A stretch of DNA of 64,000 nucleotides from Octopus sinensis. Lineage: Eukaryota. Of the stretch, positions 38,095 to 51,768 are shown piece after piece (within the stretch, counting starts at the first letter, position 1; the number at the start of each line of letters is the position of its first letter). The DNA is taken from assembly GCF_006345805.1 (NCBI RefSeq), contig NC_043005.1:26846001-26910000 (forward strand). The letters run 5' to 3'. A program made the translations under genes and the position numbers. The notes beneath the pieces are model-generated. The model ran no database searches and was not told the origin of the DNA. It worked only from the letters and a program-made list of their open reading frames with translations.

Positions 38095-39246
38095 GCCAGT
38101 TTTTTCAAATTTTTCCTACTGAACCAAACAATTTGAAACTTCGTATACTGGTAGAATGTGTCAAAAGTAAACTTAATTGTAAACCAGAATGAAAACGGAA
38201 TTGTAACTTCTAAGTTTAACGTTGTTTAAAAATTAGAATTTAACCAATGATATTCCGTCATTCGGCTTTATTTATTTACTCCGTCTCGACCACCAATTTC
38301 GTGACGTATTTAACATCTTAAATGTAAACAAGTCAGCCACCTTCTAATAACAATATTTAAAACTAGTTAATAAGCCACATGTATTAAATTGAAAATGTTT
38401 CCATTCTGTATGTCTGCATGTATGTGTGTGTGTATGTATGTGTAAGTATGTGTGTGTGTGTATGTATGTGTGTGTGTGTATGTATGTATAGCCGATTCAT
38501 CGTAATCGTAATTACGATGAATTGGCCATACATATATAGATACATACCCACACACACACACATACATGCAGACATACATATACACATACACCGAGTAAAA
38601 AATTTCAGTTATCTCTCTCTTTCACACATTACTCTCTCTGTCTCTTCACACACACTAACAGAAGCACTTCACTTACACAACATATTGTCTCCCACACCCC
38701 ATCAAACACACACACACACACACACATGTACATCAATGCTTCCCCTAGACGGTAACTTCAAAGACAAACTTCCCTCGTCATAAAATCGCTTCCTCTTAGT
38801 CTCTTTCGCTCTCATTACTTATGTAAAAAAATAAAAGTTTTTTACGGAAATCGACGGAAAACTTGTGCTACGACAAGCGAAACTTCGCCGAAATTTAATA
38901 TTAAAAAGCAAAGAGCTGGCAGAAACGTTAGCACGCCGGGCGAAATGCGTAGCCGTATTTCGTCTGCCGTGTTTGTTTACAGTTTTCCGAACGTTAGTAC
39001 GTTACAAAAGCGCTTTCTACGTCACACTAATAGAATGCAGTCAAGTTTTACACATGAAAACAAACAATCTGATTGGTTAAAATTCGCAGTTTTAATCTAC
39101 GATTAAAGTCATAAAATAGATTTTTCTCAAATAAACTAGTTCCAACCTGTGTCTTGTTTTGCTAGACTCTATCAGCATACGAAGTTTCAGATTATTTAGT
39201 TAAGTAGAAAGATCTGTGGTCCTGGCTTCAGAATAGAAAAGATCCA
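38095..39246. mobile_element. Fragmented relative of the GGATCTTTTC MITE family
   Basis: AATTTGAAACTTCGTATACTGGTAGAATGTG at about 38130, and a right end ACGAAGTTTCAGATTATTTAGTTAAGTAG...GAAAAGATCC at 39178-39246. The left TIR is not clear. Confidence 0.45.
38912..38970 (+). mobile_element. SINE family C head fragment
   Basis: AGAGCTGGCAGAAACGTTAGCACGCCGGGCGAAATGCGTAGCCGTATTTCG. Confidence 0.75.
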
Positions 39247-39261
39247 ATAATAATAATAATT

Positions 39262-39484
39262 TTCTTTACTACCCACAAGGGGCTAAACACAGAGGGGCCA
39301 AACAAGGACAGACAAACGGATTAAGTCGATTACATCGACCCCAGGGCGTAACTGGTACTTAATTTATTGACCCCGAAAGGATGAGAAGCAAAGTCGACCT
39401 CGGCGGAATTTGAACTCAGAACGTAACGGCAGACGAAATACGGCAACGCATTTCACCCGGCGTGCTAACGTTTCTGCCAGCTCA

Positions 39485-39485
<1 letters not shown>
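39262..39485 (-). mobile_element. tRNA-derived SINE, family C, full monomer
   Basis: Head GAGCTGGCAGAAACGTTAGCAC, B-box-like GAGTTCAAATTCC, hairpin GTCGA-tgtaa-TCGAC, and tail ...GTAGTAAAGAAA(TTA)n. Confidence 0.9.
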
Positions 39486-39568
<83 letters not shown>

Positions 39569-39573
39569 AATAA

Positions 39574-40020
39574 TCCTCTCTTTATTGGCCACCAGGGCCG
39601 AACACAAAACATGAGGACGAAACACAGACGAGGGGCATTGAGGTTAAACGTGTGAACAGCAAACAAACACAACGATTAACAAAGAGATTAAATCAATAAT
39701 ATGCTTCCCCAATTGGAAGGAGTTCCACTTTAAGGTGACCAAAGAGACCTCACGCACTTTAGACCCCTTAACACCAACGGCTCCACGAGAAGGCTATCTC
39801 TCTCCTCCCTTCCATTCGGCCTACAGACTCACACTTAGTGTAGGCCCATCCACGCGGGCCGTTCTTGCCACATTCCCCCACCTTTCAACGAACTTACTGG
39901 GCGACAGTACCTCCCTCTCCAGTCTCCCTTCCCCTTGCAGGTGGAACCTGAAACGGTCAATGAGGCTTTGGCCAAAGAGAACGGTATCCATCTTCAATTG
40001 CCCTCCCTCCTAGCCAAAGG
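39574..40020 (-). mobile_element. Divergent Tx1-like 3' fragment ending in (ATT)n
   Basis: Translates LKMDTVLFGQSLIDRFRFHL...LEREVLSPSKFVERWGNVARTARVDGPTLSVSL*, homologous to the Tx1 C-terminus at 29362-29560. The terminus is GGCCCTGGTGGCCAATAAAGAGAGG followed by ATTT/(ATT)n. Confidence 0.8.
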
Positions 40021-40439
40021 AAAGAGGAATTCTTTGAGGTTTGAATAATTCACCTTTGGAAACATTGGTGTTTCATTCAACATCATTAAACAATCCTTAT
40101 ACAGTGACCTTTTGTGCAAGATGGGCTACTCAACCTGAAGAAAAATTCCAACTGAGCTCTATCTGCAAGGTCATGCGTTGTTTATCTTGATATGAGATCA
40201 ACATGTCGCGCACATATGGTGATGCATGTGCCAGGCGAACCCTTATCAGACGGGTAGTCATGATGGGTAAACGGGACTTCGTATACTTGTGCCCCCAGCG
40301 TCACTTTAAAGACTAGGAGAAATTCCTTCTATCTTTTCTATGAGCAAGATAAATGATAGCTATGTGGATAAGACGAAGAACCATTCCAGGGTGGGTCTAA
40401 GTGTGTGTGTGAGTATGTATGTGTGTGTATGTGTGTGTG

Positions 40440-40484
<45 letters not shown>

Positions 40485-41635
40485 CGCATGCGTGAATGTT
40501 TGTCTACATCAGTTAAGCAAGCTAAGTAAAAATATTTTTTGATACTTCATGAAAAGCGTTTCAAGTGATTTTAACATCCTTGTGTGTTATTAAAGAGCTA
40601 CGATGTATATTCCTCGATGTAACATATATATAAGTATGCATGTGTGTATGTTTGAATGTGGGTACGTATGTATATATGTATGTATGTGTATATGCTTGTC
40701 TATAAAAGTATATACATACATATGTATAGGTATGTATATATGTGTGTGTGTGTGTTGTGTGCGTGTATGTGTGTACGTACAGACATACATACGGATATGC
40801 ATGTATTTATGTGAGCCTGTGTGTATATATTACTGTATATGTATATATATGGGGTGATAGTTATTTCCATTTACATTAATTAACAATGATGAATTAGTAA
40901 TTAATGTTAGCCACCCACCCACACAGCAGGAGAGAAGCGATTATTTTCGAAAGTAAAATTATAAAACGGGGATAAATAGCTTTCATCTTAATCACGTTTG
41001 CTCTAATTTTAAATGATTTTGATATTAATTAACATACTGAACTGTTTTGTTGTTTCCCCTCTTAATATGGCAATCTAAGAGGAGGTGGCGGTGGTGCTAG
41101 CGGCGGTGATGGTGGCGACGATGGTGGGGGTAGTGGCTGGGTGCTTCTGGTAAAGTTGGAAATCGAAACTGCTTCTTTCATATATTTTTATAGTTGAAAA
41201 ACATGAGCATCCCAACTTTCAATGGGTTTATACAACACGGACTTTCTGGACATCGATGGTCCGGAACCTCGTGTAGTCTGTACTAATTTCCTTGACAGAC
41301 ACCCAAATCTCTCAGTCCTTGTCCCCACCACCCCTATCCGTCTCTGCTCTCCAAGGTCCGGCCTTATTTCAACATCACTCTGAAAGATAGCGCCTGGATG
41401 TCAGCAAAAACGAATTCCAATGGCTCTAGCTCAAAGTCTCTTTCTTTCACACCCCAAATACACCTGTACCCAATATCGCTCCCCTCTTAACTTTCTTAAG
41501 CATCTTACATCACTTTGACTAAAGATCTTCCTGCATTAAGGATATATTATCTTATTTCGTCCAGCTAAAAAGTCAACGTTTTCGGCGACTCACACGCTCA
41601 CTACTCCTCGTGCCTATATACCCTTTCTACTAAAG

Positions 41636-42215
41636 GCATAAAGCTTGAAATTGTGGGGAGGGGGCCAGTCGATTAGATCGCCCCCAGTGTTTCACTGGGA
41701 CTTAAGTTATCGACCCCGAAAGGATGAAAGGCAAAGTCAACCTCAGCGGAATTCGAACCCAGAACGTAGCGGCTGAAGAAATACCTATTTCTTTACTGCC
41801 CACAAGGGGCTACACACAGAGGGGACAAACAAGGACAGATAAACGGATTAAGCCGATTATATCTGCCGTTAAGTTCTGAGTCCAAATTCCGCCGAGGTCG
41901 ACTTTGCCTTTCATCCTTTCGGGGTCGATAAATTAAGTACCAGTTACATACTGTGGTCGATGCAATCGACTTAGTCCGTTTGTCTGCCCTTGTTTGTCCC
42001 CTCTGTGTGTAGCCCCTTGTGGGCAGTAAAGAAATTGGTATTTCTTCAGCCTCTACGTTGTGAGTTCAAATTCCGCCGAGGTCGACTTTGCCTTTCATCC
42101 TTTCGGGGTCGATTAAATAAGTACCAGTTGCGTACTGGGGTCGATCTAATCGACTGGCCCCCTTTCACCAAAACTTCGAGCCTTGTGTTTAGAGTAGGAA
42201 AGTATAAGTGTATGA
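41636..42215. mobile_element. Inverted arrangement of SINE family C multimers
   Basis: 41641-41860 is on the minus strand and 41862-42215 on the plus strand; the arms share diagnostic variants. Confidence 0.85.
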
Positions 42216-42662
42216 ATCTGTGTAATTCTAGGTGTGTGTGTGTATGTGCGTGTGTTTTCATGTATATGTACACACGTATATATTTACGCATGTATGTATA
42301 ATACATTTAAGTATTCTGAATGTAAAACTCGCGCAGATTCAAATAAAGAATCTTCGGAATGCTGTATCTATACTGAATCTATAGTGGTGAGTCACACTTA
42401 TCTACTTTTTGAATTCAGATTTCCAGATAGCTAAGTTTCTACGCCGCGCAGTGTATGTTGGGTAGAGTTAAAAAAAACCCAGGTCAAGGTCGAAGAGCCT
42501 TCCTGCTGAAACTTCAATCAAAACATACACATCTGTTCGACAGATGATCTTCTCAAGTATAAGAATCTTGTTCCCGTCTCACACAACAATGTCACGCATG
42601 TAGTGTTTGCATTTGGTAGATGCTTTCATTGGTATACTCCATTATGGTACACACACGCACAC

Positions 42663-42696
<34 letters not shown>

Positions 42697-42894
42697 CTCA
42701 TTCACACATAACAACATAGATATATTGCACGCACACGGATACACGCACATAGACAAACAAACACATATATCCACACATACAGAGATAAGACACGTCCAAA
42801 TACATGAGAACGTATATATATATATATATATATATATGTTATCTATATATAAATGTGTATGTGTGTGTGTGTTTTTTGTTGTTGTTGTTTTTTG

Positions 42895-43095
42895 CTCACA
42901 GGGGGGCTAAACATAAAGAGGATAAACAAAGGGATTAAGTCGATTCCATCGACCCCAGTGCGTAATTGATACTTATTTAATCGACCCCCAAAGGATGAAA
43001 GACAAAGTCGACCTCGGCAGGATTTGAACTCAGAACGTAAAGACAGACGAAATACTGTAAGAATTTCGCCCGGCTAACGTTTCTGCCAGCTCGTT
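42895..43095 (-). mobile_element. SINE family C
   Basis: Head, B box and hairpin as in the 39262 copy. Confidence 0.85.
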
Positions 43096-43099
43096 GCCC

Positions 43100-43138
<39 letters not shown>

Positions 43139-43219
43139 GTAATATATATGTGTGTGTGTGTATGTATGTATGTATGTATGTATGTATGTATGTATGTATG
43201 TATGTATGTACGTATATCA

Positions 43220-43398
43220 CGACGCGGTTTCCTTCAAACAAATTCACTCACATGGCATTGATCGACCCAAGGCTATAGCCGAAGATCCAAAGTGTGATGC
43301 AATGGCACTAAACCTGAAACCGGGTTTAGTTCCACTGCAGCAGTGTGTTTATTTTGGTTGCAAAGCGGGCGTCTTAACGACATAGCCTACGCCTACAA
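43220..43398 (-). mobile_element. Degenerate SINE family A head
   Basis: AAATTCACTCACATGGCATTG...CATAGCCTACGCCTA aligns to the reverse complement of family A. Confidence 0.65.
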
Positions 43399-43419
43399 AA
43401 TAAAAAAAAAGAAAAAGAC

Positions 43420-44870
43420 TGGTTCTTATCGAGCTTCCAGATAATGAGGTGGTTGTACCTTCCAAGTTGTCTCTGATGGAGTCTGTTTTCTTTTTGTTAA
43501 CGCGAAGACCAATTACTTGCCGCGATATCTTCCAGTCTGTAAATCACAACAGTGGTTCTTGCTGTCGTGTGTGACACTACGGCTAAGTTATCAGTATAAT
43601 CTGTATTTGTTTTTGTTGTGAGTGGGTGTCCAGAACTTCTTGATTTTCTGTGAGTAAAGTCAAGTTTCTTGCTATGCTGTACGGAGGAGATAATCAAGAC
43701 AGCTCAGATGTAAAGAAGGCACAAGGGCATCGCCTTCTAAGACATTAGCCCCAATGAGAAAAAAAAAACATGTCTCCGTCAAGTGGATCACATCTTAGCT
43801 TGAGCGCTTTTGCAGAGCATCATTATTGCATCCACTGTTCTTTGAAGGATTCCATCGGCCAGTCTAATGTGTTGTATCTAACTTTAGTGATTTAGTGAAA
43901 AGCTTTGAAAAATCGACGAATAACATAATGACATGAAGATTCACTGTTCGAACATCCTTTGTGTGTCAGACAGTTAATACAGAGTGCGGCAGAAAAACAT
44001 CCCATTTTTGTTGTTTCAACGTATTTTAAGCTAGTGAAGTTAGGCAGGAGGTAATAGAGTCTTCATGTAGCTAATGTTTTTTTTTTCGGTTATTATCGTG
44101 GTTTTGGTCGGTGCACACCGTGTGTTTGCTCTTGAAATGTTTGTCAACCTGTAAAGCGTTGGAGGTTTTTCGCTGCGCCCTACATTTGATCAGTTGTTGA
44201 GCGGGTCCCTTTGAATCCATTCTGATTTTCTAAGAAAAAAATCTTTTCGATCTCCAGCTGAATACGGTTCATTGTGTTATAGATCTTAGCTGCAACAGCT
44301 GTTAATGTAATACTCCAATAGTTCTGTACAAAGTCTAAATCAACCTTTCGAAGGGAAGGGAGGATACAGACTTCAGTCATACATTGACTGTGTTTTCATT
44401 GTAAGCAGAGTTACACAGTTGACGAAGTACATTATTAAATATTCCTGTTTTTCACACTTCAGCAAATATTTTGTGCAAACTAGGATCTTACCTACTTTTT
44501 ACCTTCTATTTTAATCAGACCCTCTGTTGCTTTACAGACTCTGAAGTTACTTTGATATTTAGTTTGTCGTTAATGAAGGCTTCAACAGGTTTGTCAGTAA
44601 TGATTCGCAGTTTCCCAAAGAGAGTTTGAAACTTGTCCTTCCATTGGTTGAAACGACGCTTTTAGTTTTGCTTTCTTAGTCCTTTTTTTTTTTTCGGGCC
44701 ACTAGTTTCATAAACAGTCTGCCATATTAAAAGACGTCTGTTGATTATCAACAGAGTGTGTAATGACATTAGTCTTATTTTGGATGTAGTTTTGATGCTC
44801 TAGTTCATCTGTATCAGTGAGTTCATTTTGGGTGCTTTTTTTAGATCTGATGTAGTTTCTTTTTGAAGTT
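43420..44870 (-). mobile_element. Decayed RTE-type LINE RT fragment
   Basis: ORF 44180-44380 reads ILP...DL...NYWSITLTAVAAKIYN...NQNGF...RST. ORF 43497-43697 reads TNTDYTDNLA (degenerate YADD). Confidence 0.75.
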
Positions 44871-45164
44871 ATCAGTTCGTTTTTTTTTTCCTTTTTTTTT
44901 TTTCAAATATTTTTCCTGGGCGGTGGATTGCCGGTATGTTATAGTGCGGTGTCTCAGTAAAAATATGATTGAAATATAACAGCGAAATAAAATCATGGTA
45001 AAATATAATAGGCAGAATGGTATGTAATGGAAAAAGAATTAAAATAAAGATTTTAAACCAGCATAACATTAAAAATAGTGATAAAATAACTTGATAAAAA
45101 TAAATATTATTTGCGTTTAATTGCTGGATTTGTACCAAAATTTGAAATCAATTTATATATGTAT

Positions 45165-45495
45165 AGGCGTAGGAGTGGCTATGTGGTAAGTAGTTTGCTT
45201 ACCAACCACATCGTTCCGCGTTTGGTCCCACTGCGTGGCACATTGGCCACGTATATATGTATGTGTGTATGTATGTGTGTGTGTATGTATGTATGTATGT
45301 ATGTATGTGTGTGTATGTGTGTATGTATGTATGTATGTATGTATGTATGTATGTATGTATTATGTATGTATGTGTGTGTGTTTCTATGTCTGTATTTGTT
45401 CCCCCACCATCGCTTGGTGTGTTTACGTCCCCGTAACTTAGTGGTACTGCAAAAGAGACCGATAGGATAAGTACTAGGCTTACAAAGAATAATTC
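45165..45495 (+). mobile_element. SINE family A with an internal deletion and expanded microsatellite
   Basis: Head AGGCGTAGGAGTGGCTATGTGGTAAG; 3' part GTTTACGTCCCCGTAACTTAG...GGCTTACAAAGAATAA. Confidence 0.8.
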
Positions 45496-45509
45496 CTTTT
45501 ACTCTGTTT

Positions 45510-45555
<46 letters not shown>

Positions 45556-46009
45556 ATCCTGCACCATGTAAAGCTTGACTAGAGATATCAACCAACCAAC
45601 ATTTAAATCAACAATCATTATGTACAGAGGTTATTAAAATTTGGTTTAGTGCTTCTTAATTTTTACGTTTAGCCTCTTGTTGCTAGTATGAAAACAATCA
45701 CTTCGTTGTCACTCTTCTAATTAAGTTAATCACCCCATTAGTACTTGTACTTCTTTAGAATAAAATAAAGTTTTGAATGTTCTTTTTCTCATATAATGAC
45801 AAACATTCATAAATAAAATATGCCAATACATATAAATGTAAGTATGTAAACGTTGCCTTGCTTAGGGTGGCGGATTGAAGGTTGGCCTACTTTTATAAGA
45901 CGATGCAACTTTGTCTTAATATTTGGAATGTACGACTAAAATGATAACGGGGTTATTAGAAAATTACTATTTTTAAATCTCACAACATGGTATATTCAGT
46001 AAGAGTACT

Positions 46010-46345
46010 TTGTAGTAAAGATTGTTTGCCAACATAACATGGCAATCCTGATTTAGGGCGAATGTTGCTGTAATTTAGCCCCAGAAGACATCGTCTCCAG
46101 CTGGCTATAGGACACGATCTGTGTCCTTATATTTTCGAACAAGCACCCCTAATCAGCTCAAAATCGTGATGCACAGATATCGTTTTGAGCTGAGTAGGGG
46201 TGCTAGATTCCCTTGTACGAAAATATAAGGACACAGATCGTGTCGTATAACCAGCTGGAGACGATATTTCCTGGGGCTAAATTGCAGCAATATTTGTCCT
46301 AAGCCAGGACTGCCATGTTATGATGACAAACAATCTTTACTACAA
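46010..46345. mobile_element. Fully palindromic (foldback) MITE-like element, about 336 bp
   Basis: TTGTAGTAAAGATTG... / ...CAATCTTTACTACAA with arms of about 160 bp pairing to a central loop of about 14 nt. A deletion derivative lies at 51769-51882. Confidence 0.85.
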
Positions 46346-48639
46346 CGGGATTATTATTTAAATGGAACGTTTAGTGCCTTTTGACTGAGACCGTTCATGT
46401 ACTACTAAATGATGACAGGATTATTTGTTTAAAGATGTTATAGGTGTTCTATAACCAAACTAGGATCGTTCATCTTTTAAATTAATAAAATAACCTGAAG
46501 ATTTACATGACTGCGCTGAAATTAGCAATTATTACAAAACTGAAAATACTATTATTATTATTACAACTAGCTTTGATTGTTCTAGCTCTGAATTGAGTCT
46601 GAAAAATAAAAATTGTATATTTGAGGATGGAGGATAGGTATTCCAATTCCATAGCTTTTCTGATGACCCAGCTAACATGTTTTTCAAATTTCAGATTTTT
46701 TTAATGCTTTATCGTTGTCAACTTTCATTGTAATTATATAATATACAAGAGCCTTAAGTAAAATCATGTCGAGCAAAGAAAACATGTCGCTGGTTCCACA
46801 TGAAACATGACTTAAGGTTTTACTGAATGCTCACTCGTCCCACAAAAAAATATTGTTTTAAATGTAGTTGAACTCTTTTGAAAGAAGTTTTAAAAGCTTC
46901 ACAATTTCTGATCAATCAAAAATAAAGTATTCAAATAAAGCTAATTGAACCGACGACTATTCAAAAAAATTTACACAGCAAACTAAATTACAAATTTTCT
47001 AAGACATAAAGAAAACGATAATAAGATGATGTCAATATTGCATCAAGTGAAATTGAAAAAGATATTGAGAAAAAATGGCCGTAGTCGAACAGTTACGGCG
47101 GTCAAAAAGTTTATATAATGTGATGCATGGATATGCTGCGGGTATTTTAAAAAGAAATTACCATTAAGCAACGATTTAATTCCAAAATGAATTGATTAAA
47201 TGTCACGGAATACTGGAGAACAACAAGTTGAAAGATTAAATTAAAAGATTAATTTTTTAATTAAGGTTAATGAGGGTCTTGTTATTGGCAATAGTCATCA
47301 ATAACAAGTCTCTTCAATGGCGAATGTAAGGGGAGTGGAAATTGAAAGATTATATCAAGTAGTTAAAATCAACCACTGTTTGGGAATCTATTTTTATTAG
47401 TTTGTAGATTCTGGTTTGATGAAAAACTTCTGTAGCAAATTTGATATCGATTGCAACTAATGCAACTAATTGCAACTAAACCGACTTTAATGGTCAGAAA
47501 GCATAAAGACCTCACAGCATATTTGCAAAAAATGTCTTGCAAACTTTGCAATGCATTACATTATTCACAAACACAATCTTATAGCAAAATTACTTTTAGT
47601 CAAAATCTGCACTATTCACTATAATTATTAAAACTATCAATAAAATATCGATCAGATCGAAAAATTTCGATCACAGAGAAAAAATATCAACCACATAAAA
47701 AATATAATCATTTGTTTAGAAAGTTTGGGTCGAATCATTATAAACCGTATGGAAAACTCTACCTACGGGTATGTCCATCCATTTTCTCCGACTACTATTC
47801 GAGCCGCTTTGATGTATGAAAGTCCAGTGAGACAGTCATTGTCTCAATCTGTGGAAAGCAGCCATCGCTGTTTGTGTGCAGAGTGAAAACAGAAAACTTT
47901 CAGTAACATCCTCTACTCGTACCCGTTGCCTCTTTCCTTATCGCCATCAGATGTATAAAGAAAGTGTGAAGGTGTCCGCGTCAATGTCTTGGTTTCCTCA
48001 ACAACTAGCACGATGAATATTATTATGGTGGTTCGCCTGGTTTGTGCAGAGCCGGTTCCAGTCTCTCTCGTCCTCCAAATTCGTATTAATGGAGCACAAG
48101 GGCCACGAATCTAGTAGTTATCAGGATGCAGGATTTGTATGAAGTTGCCTTCTCTTAGAGGAGTAGCTAAAGAGCAGAAGGGCCTCCTCTACCCTAAGTC
48201 TGATACGGTGTCTGTGAGTCAATTCCATAACAAGCTAATCAACCATAGCATGGATCTTGGCTAATGCTACTACTCTGGGTCAGAGTAGAACTGAGAACAA
48301 TAATGGCTAAGAAGTGACTTCACGCTCCTCCAAATTCTGGAACACCCAACCAGGTACCCAGTACTGAAAGTCATTCCCATGACATATTCTGGTCATTAAA
48401 ATACCAAAATGGCCAAAATAATTGTCTTTTTTCCAACACCATCATCTGTGAATGAAACTGGGTTTAGTACAAGGAATAAATTGCTAAAAGAAATAGGGTG
48501 GATGTAGACAAGACGGTCACATAACAAATAGGCACAATGACATTAAGTTGACCATTGCATATTTAGTAGAAAACCTTCAACCTCTAGAACCTCAGTCTAT
48601 AAAATAGTTCAGTTGAATGGTTTTACATTTTACTTTGTG

Positions 48640-48815
48640 TGGTGGTGGGGTTTACGTACCCATAACTTAGTGATTCGGCAAAAGGCATCGACAGAATAAG
48701 TACACGGCTTCAAAGATATTACTGGGGTCGATCTGATCGACTAAACCCTTGAAGGTGGTACCCTATGGTGGCCACAGTCCAGTAATTGAAACAAATACAA
48801 GGTAAAAGGTAAGAC
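48640..48815 (+). mobile_element. Old SINE family A-like 3' fragment
   Basis: GTTTACGTACCCATAACTTAG...CTGGGGTCGATCTGATCGAC...GGCCACAGTC. Confidence 0.6.
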
Positions 48816-49296
48816 ATTTTGATGTAATTTGATGGGTATCTGGCGCTATTTTTAGCCTAGTCGAATGACCACACGAAAGTGTTTTCTTGACTTGTTCATG
48901 AGAGGTTTATCGTTTACGAAAGAGGCACCGTTTAGTCAGAGACAGAAAGGCGCTAACCATGACCCGGTGTCATTTGAAGGCATTAGCACACTGGGCAGTT
49001 GCTCGGGGGCTCCACGGTTTTTAGGGACCTAATTATGATCATTGTATGTTGTGGCTTGCTGTCAGTAAATAAATACAATAGAGCCGAATGCACTGATTTG
49101 TCCAGGGGCTCATAATGCTATGAAGACGGCCTCGCCATTGACCCTTCGTTATCTCTTCTTTTCTTTCTGAGGGCTTCAAAAGGAAAGAAAGAAACTGTCC
49201 TTAGACCAGAAGCCTACACCGATGTAAATAACCAGATTTCCTGCTTGAGGATAACTGAATGAACTCTAATAAGAAGAACAGGCAGTTGTCTTAAAC

Positions 49297-49334
<38 letters not shown>

Positions 49335-50211
49335 CAGTAGTGGGGGTAGTAGTAGTAGTAGTAGTAGCTGCAGCAGCAGCAGCAGTAGTAATACTGACGT
49401 TCAGTTATAGTGGATGCTTTGTTATATCTGTTGACCTCTATCCCGGCCAGTTTCCAAGCAACAACGGTCGATCCTATCGAATGCTTTCTCCCCTTCTTCT
49501 TCTTCTTCTTCTTCTTCTTCTCCTCCTCCTCCTCCTTCTACTACACCCATCTTTCTCCCCCTCTATAGACATAGCCACCCTTCTAACATTGTAGCCGACT
49601 TACTGCCTTAATCGTAAATATTGAAATATTTCCATCAATTCCTTCATATTTTAAAATGTTAAAACGTTAGAAATAGCAGTCAAATTTCCCCTAAATTACT
49701 TCTTACCGTAGGATACGATAAAATATAAAAAATACGTAGTGGGATCGATTTGTTCCACTGACCCCGTCAAGATGGTGCCACAACATGGCCGCAAACCAGT
49801 GACTGAAACATGTATAAGATAAAAGATAAAATATATTTTCATTGATAACTAATATATTTTTGACTTTTTTAGTAAGTACGGCAGACAATTCCAGACATAT
49901 TTTGGTTTTATTCTGATCTCATTAGCGAAGCATAGAATTCACCGTAGTTGCCGAGGTTAATGATACACTCCACTTTTCATCCAAATCGTTTTGCCTTTGT
50001 GCCTATAATAAAACTAATTATCTGCCTGCAAAACACCAGAATTCAATACATTTTATGTATTTTTCACAGGCGTGGTATTTATTACTTATTTTAAAAAAAT
50101 ACTGTGCTTCGAGTCACACCCACTCAAATATCGCCTTTTCTTCTGAAACGAAAATTACAAGTAATTATTTATTCAAAATCAGCGCGATTTTATATCTATT
50201 AAATATACTTG

Positions 50212-50247
<36 letters not shown>

Positions 50248-50469
50248 ACACACACACACAGTGATACACACACACATACAGTGACACACCACACACACAG
50301 TGACACATACACACAAAGTGACACATACACACACAGTGACGCACGCACACATACGGACATGCATACATACTCAAAATACTAAACTCGCACCAGTGCTATG
50401 TTAGTGGCATTTTGCTCTATATTCTTCAGGGTCCTATATTCTTTACGTCACTATGAAATGATTTCCTTT

Positions 50470-50500
<31 letters not shown>

Positions 50501-50513
50501 CACACACATACAC

Positions 50514-50544
<31 letters not shown>

Positions 50545-50545
50545 C

Positions 50546-50607
<62 letters not shown>

Positions 50608-51069
50608 TGTGTGTGTGTGTGTCGCTCGTATTCAGAGCGTGAAGCTGCTATATAAAAATGAATTACTATAGAGAATAAAACTATTCATGTTATTGAAAAT
50701 ACTTTTTATTCCCTGAGCCATGATCAAAGATAATCACTTTTGTTCACCCAAGCTTGCATGCATTCATAGCAATAGTCTTTTCCTTTTCCTATTCGTTTCT
50801 TTCTTTCTTTCTCCGTTTAATATTTTATGACTTACGTTATGTAATCTGTTATGACACATGTACGAAGCATGAAATTTTGGTGGAAGGTGTCAGTCATTTG
50901 TTCGACTAAGCCCTTCAAGTTAGTGCCCCAGCATAGCTGCAGTCCAATGTAGTGTAATTTGGTGGATATTTGGCGCCATTTCTAGCCCAGTCGAGTGACC
51001 ACATGAAATCACTTCCTTGATTTGTTTATAGGAGGCTTGCCGTTTACAGAAGCGGTATCGTTGGTTGAT

Positions 51070-51590
51070 ATTTTATTTCATCGACCCCGGAAAAAGAAAA
51101 GGAAAGGCTGACCTCGGCAGTATTTGAACTCAGAACGTGAAAAGTAGTAACTAAATAGCGCAAAGTATTTTGTTTGATGCTCTAACGATTCTGCCAATCT
51201 ACCGAATTACTGTTTCTCATATAGGTACAAGGCCACGAATTTTATGAGAGAAAAGTCAATAATATCGAAACTACCACTTGTCAGGTACTTTATATTAAGG
51301 ACCCTGCAAAGATAAATGACAAAGTTGACAGCAGTGGGATTTGAAGTCGGAAAGTAAGCTCAAATAACATCGAAATCAACTTTGCCTTTCAGGCACAAAG
51401 CCAGATATTCGTAGGAGGAATTGATCGATAAAAATTGATTCTGGTACGTGATTCTATCAAACCTGAAGAAATTAAAGGTTTTGATGATCTCGGTGGGATT
51501 TGAACTCAAAACTTAAAGGTCGAAAACAAAACAACACTGCAAGGCATTTTAAGAGAGGCACTAACGATTCTTCTAATCCACCAACTTTCA
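51070..51590 (-). mobile_element. Cluster of about three old SINE family C copies
   Basis: Repeated degenerate GACCTCGG...ATTTGAACTCA (B-box reverse complement) and CTAACGATTCT motifs. Confidence 0.6.
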
Positions 51591-51768
51591 TTAATCATAA
51601 TATTTCTAATGAATATATTTCATGCTGAGGAATTCAAATAGGAATGAAATGATCCTATTCGTGGCTATCTATGACTACGATATTTAAGATCTCTGTAATG
51701 AGTAGAGAAAAATGTTAAATATGTACATAAGTTGAAGTAGCGATTAGAAATGAACAAATTTTAGGTTA

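Noticed and set aside
40025-40320. Probable dispersed repeat
   Set aside because: Single copy in this window with no structural hallmarks; it needs a database search.
46560-48050. Possible decayed transposase or LINE sequence
   Set aside because: No conserved motif could be read in any frame.
48960-49135. Possible old hAT-type MITE
   Set aside because: The TIRs are too degenerate and no TSD is visible.
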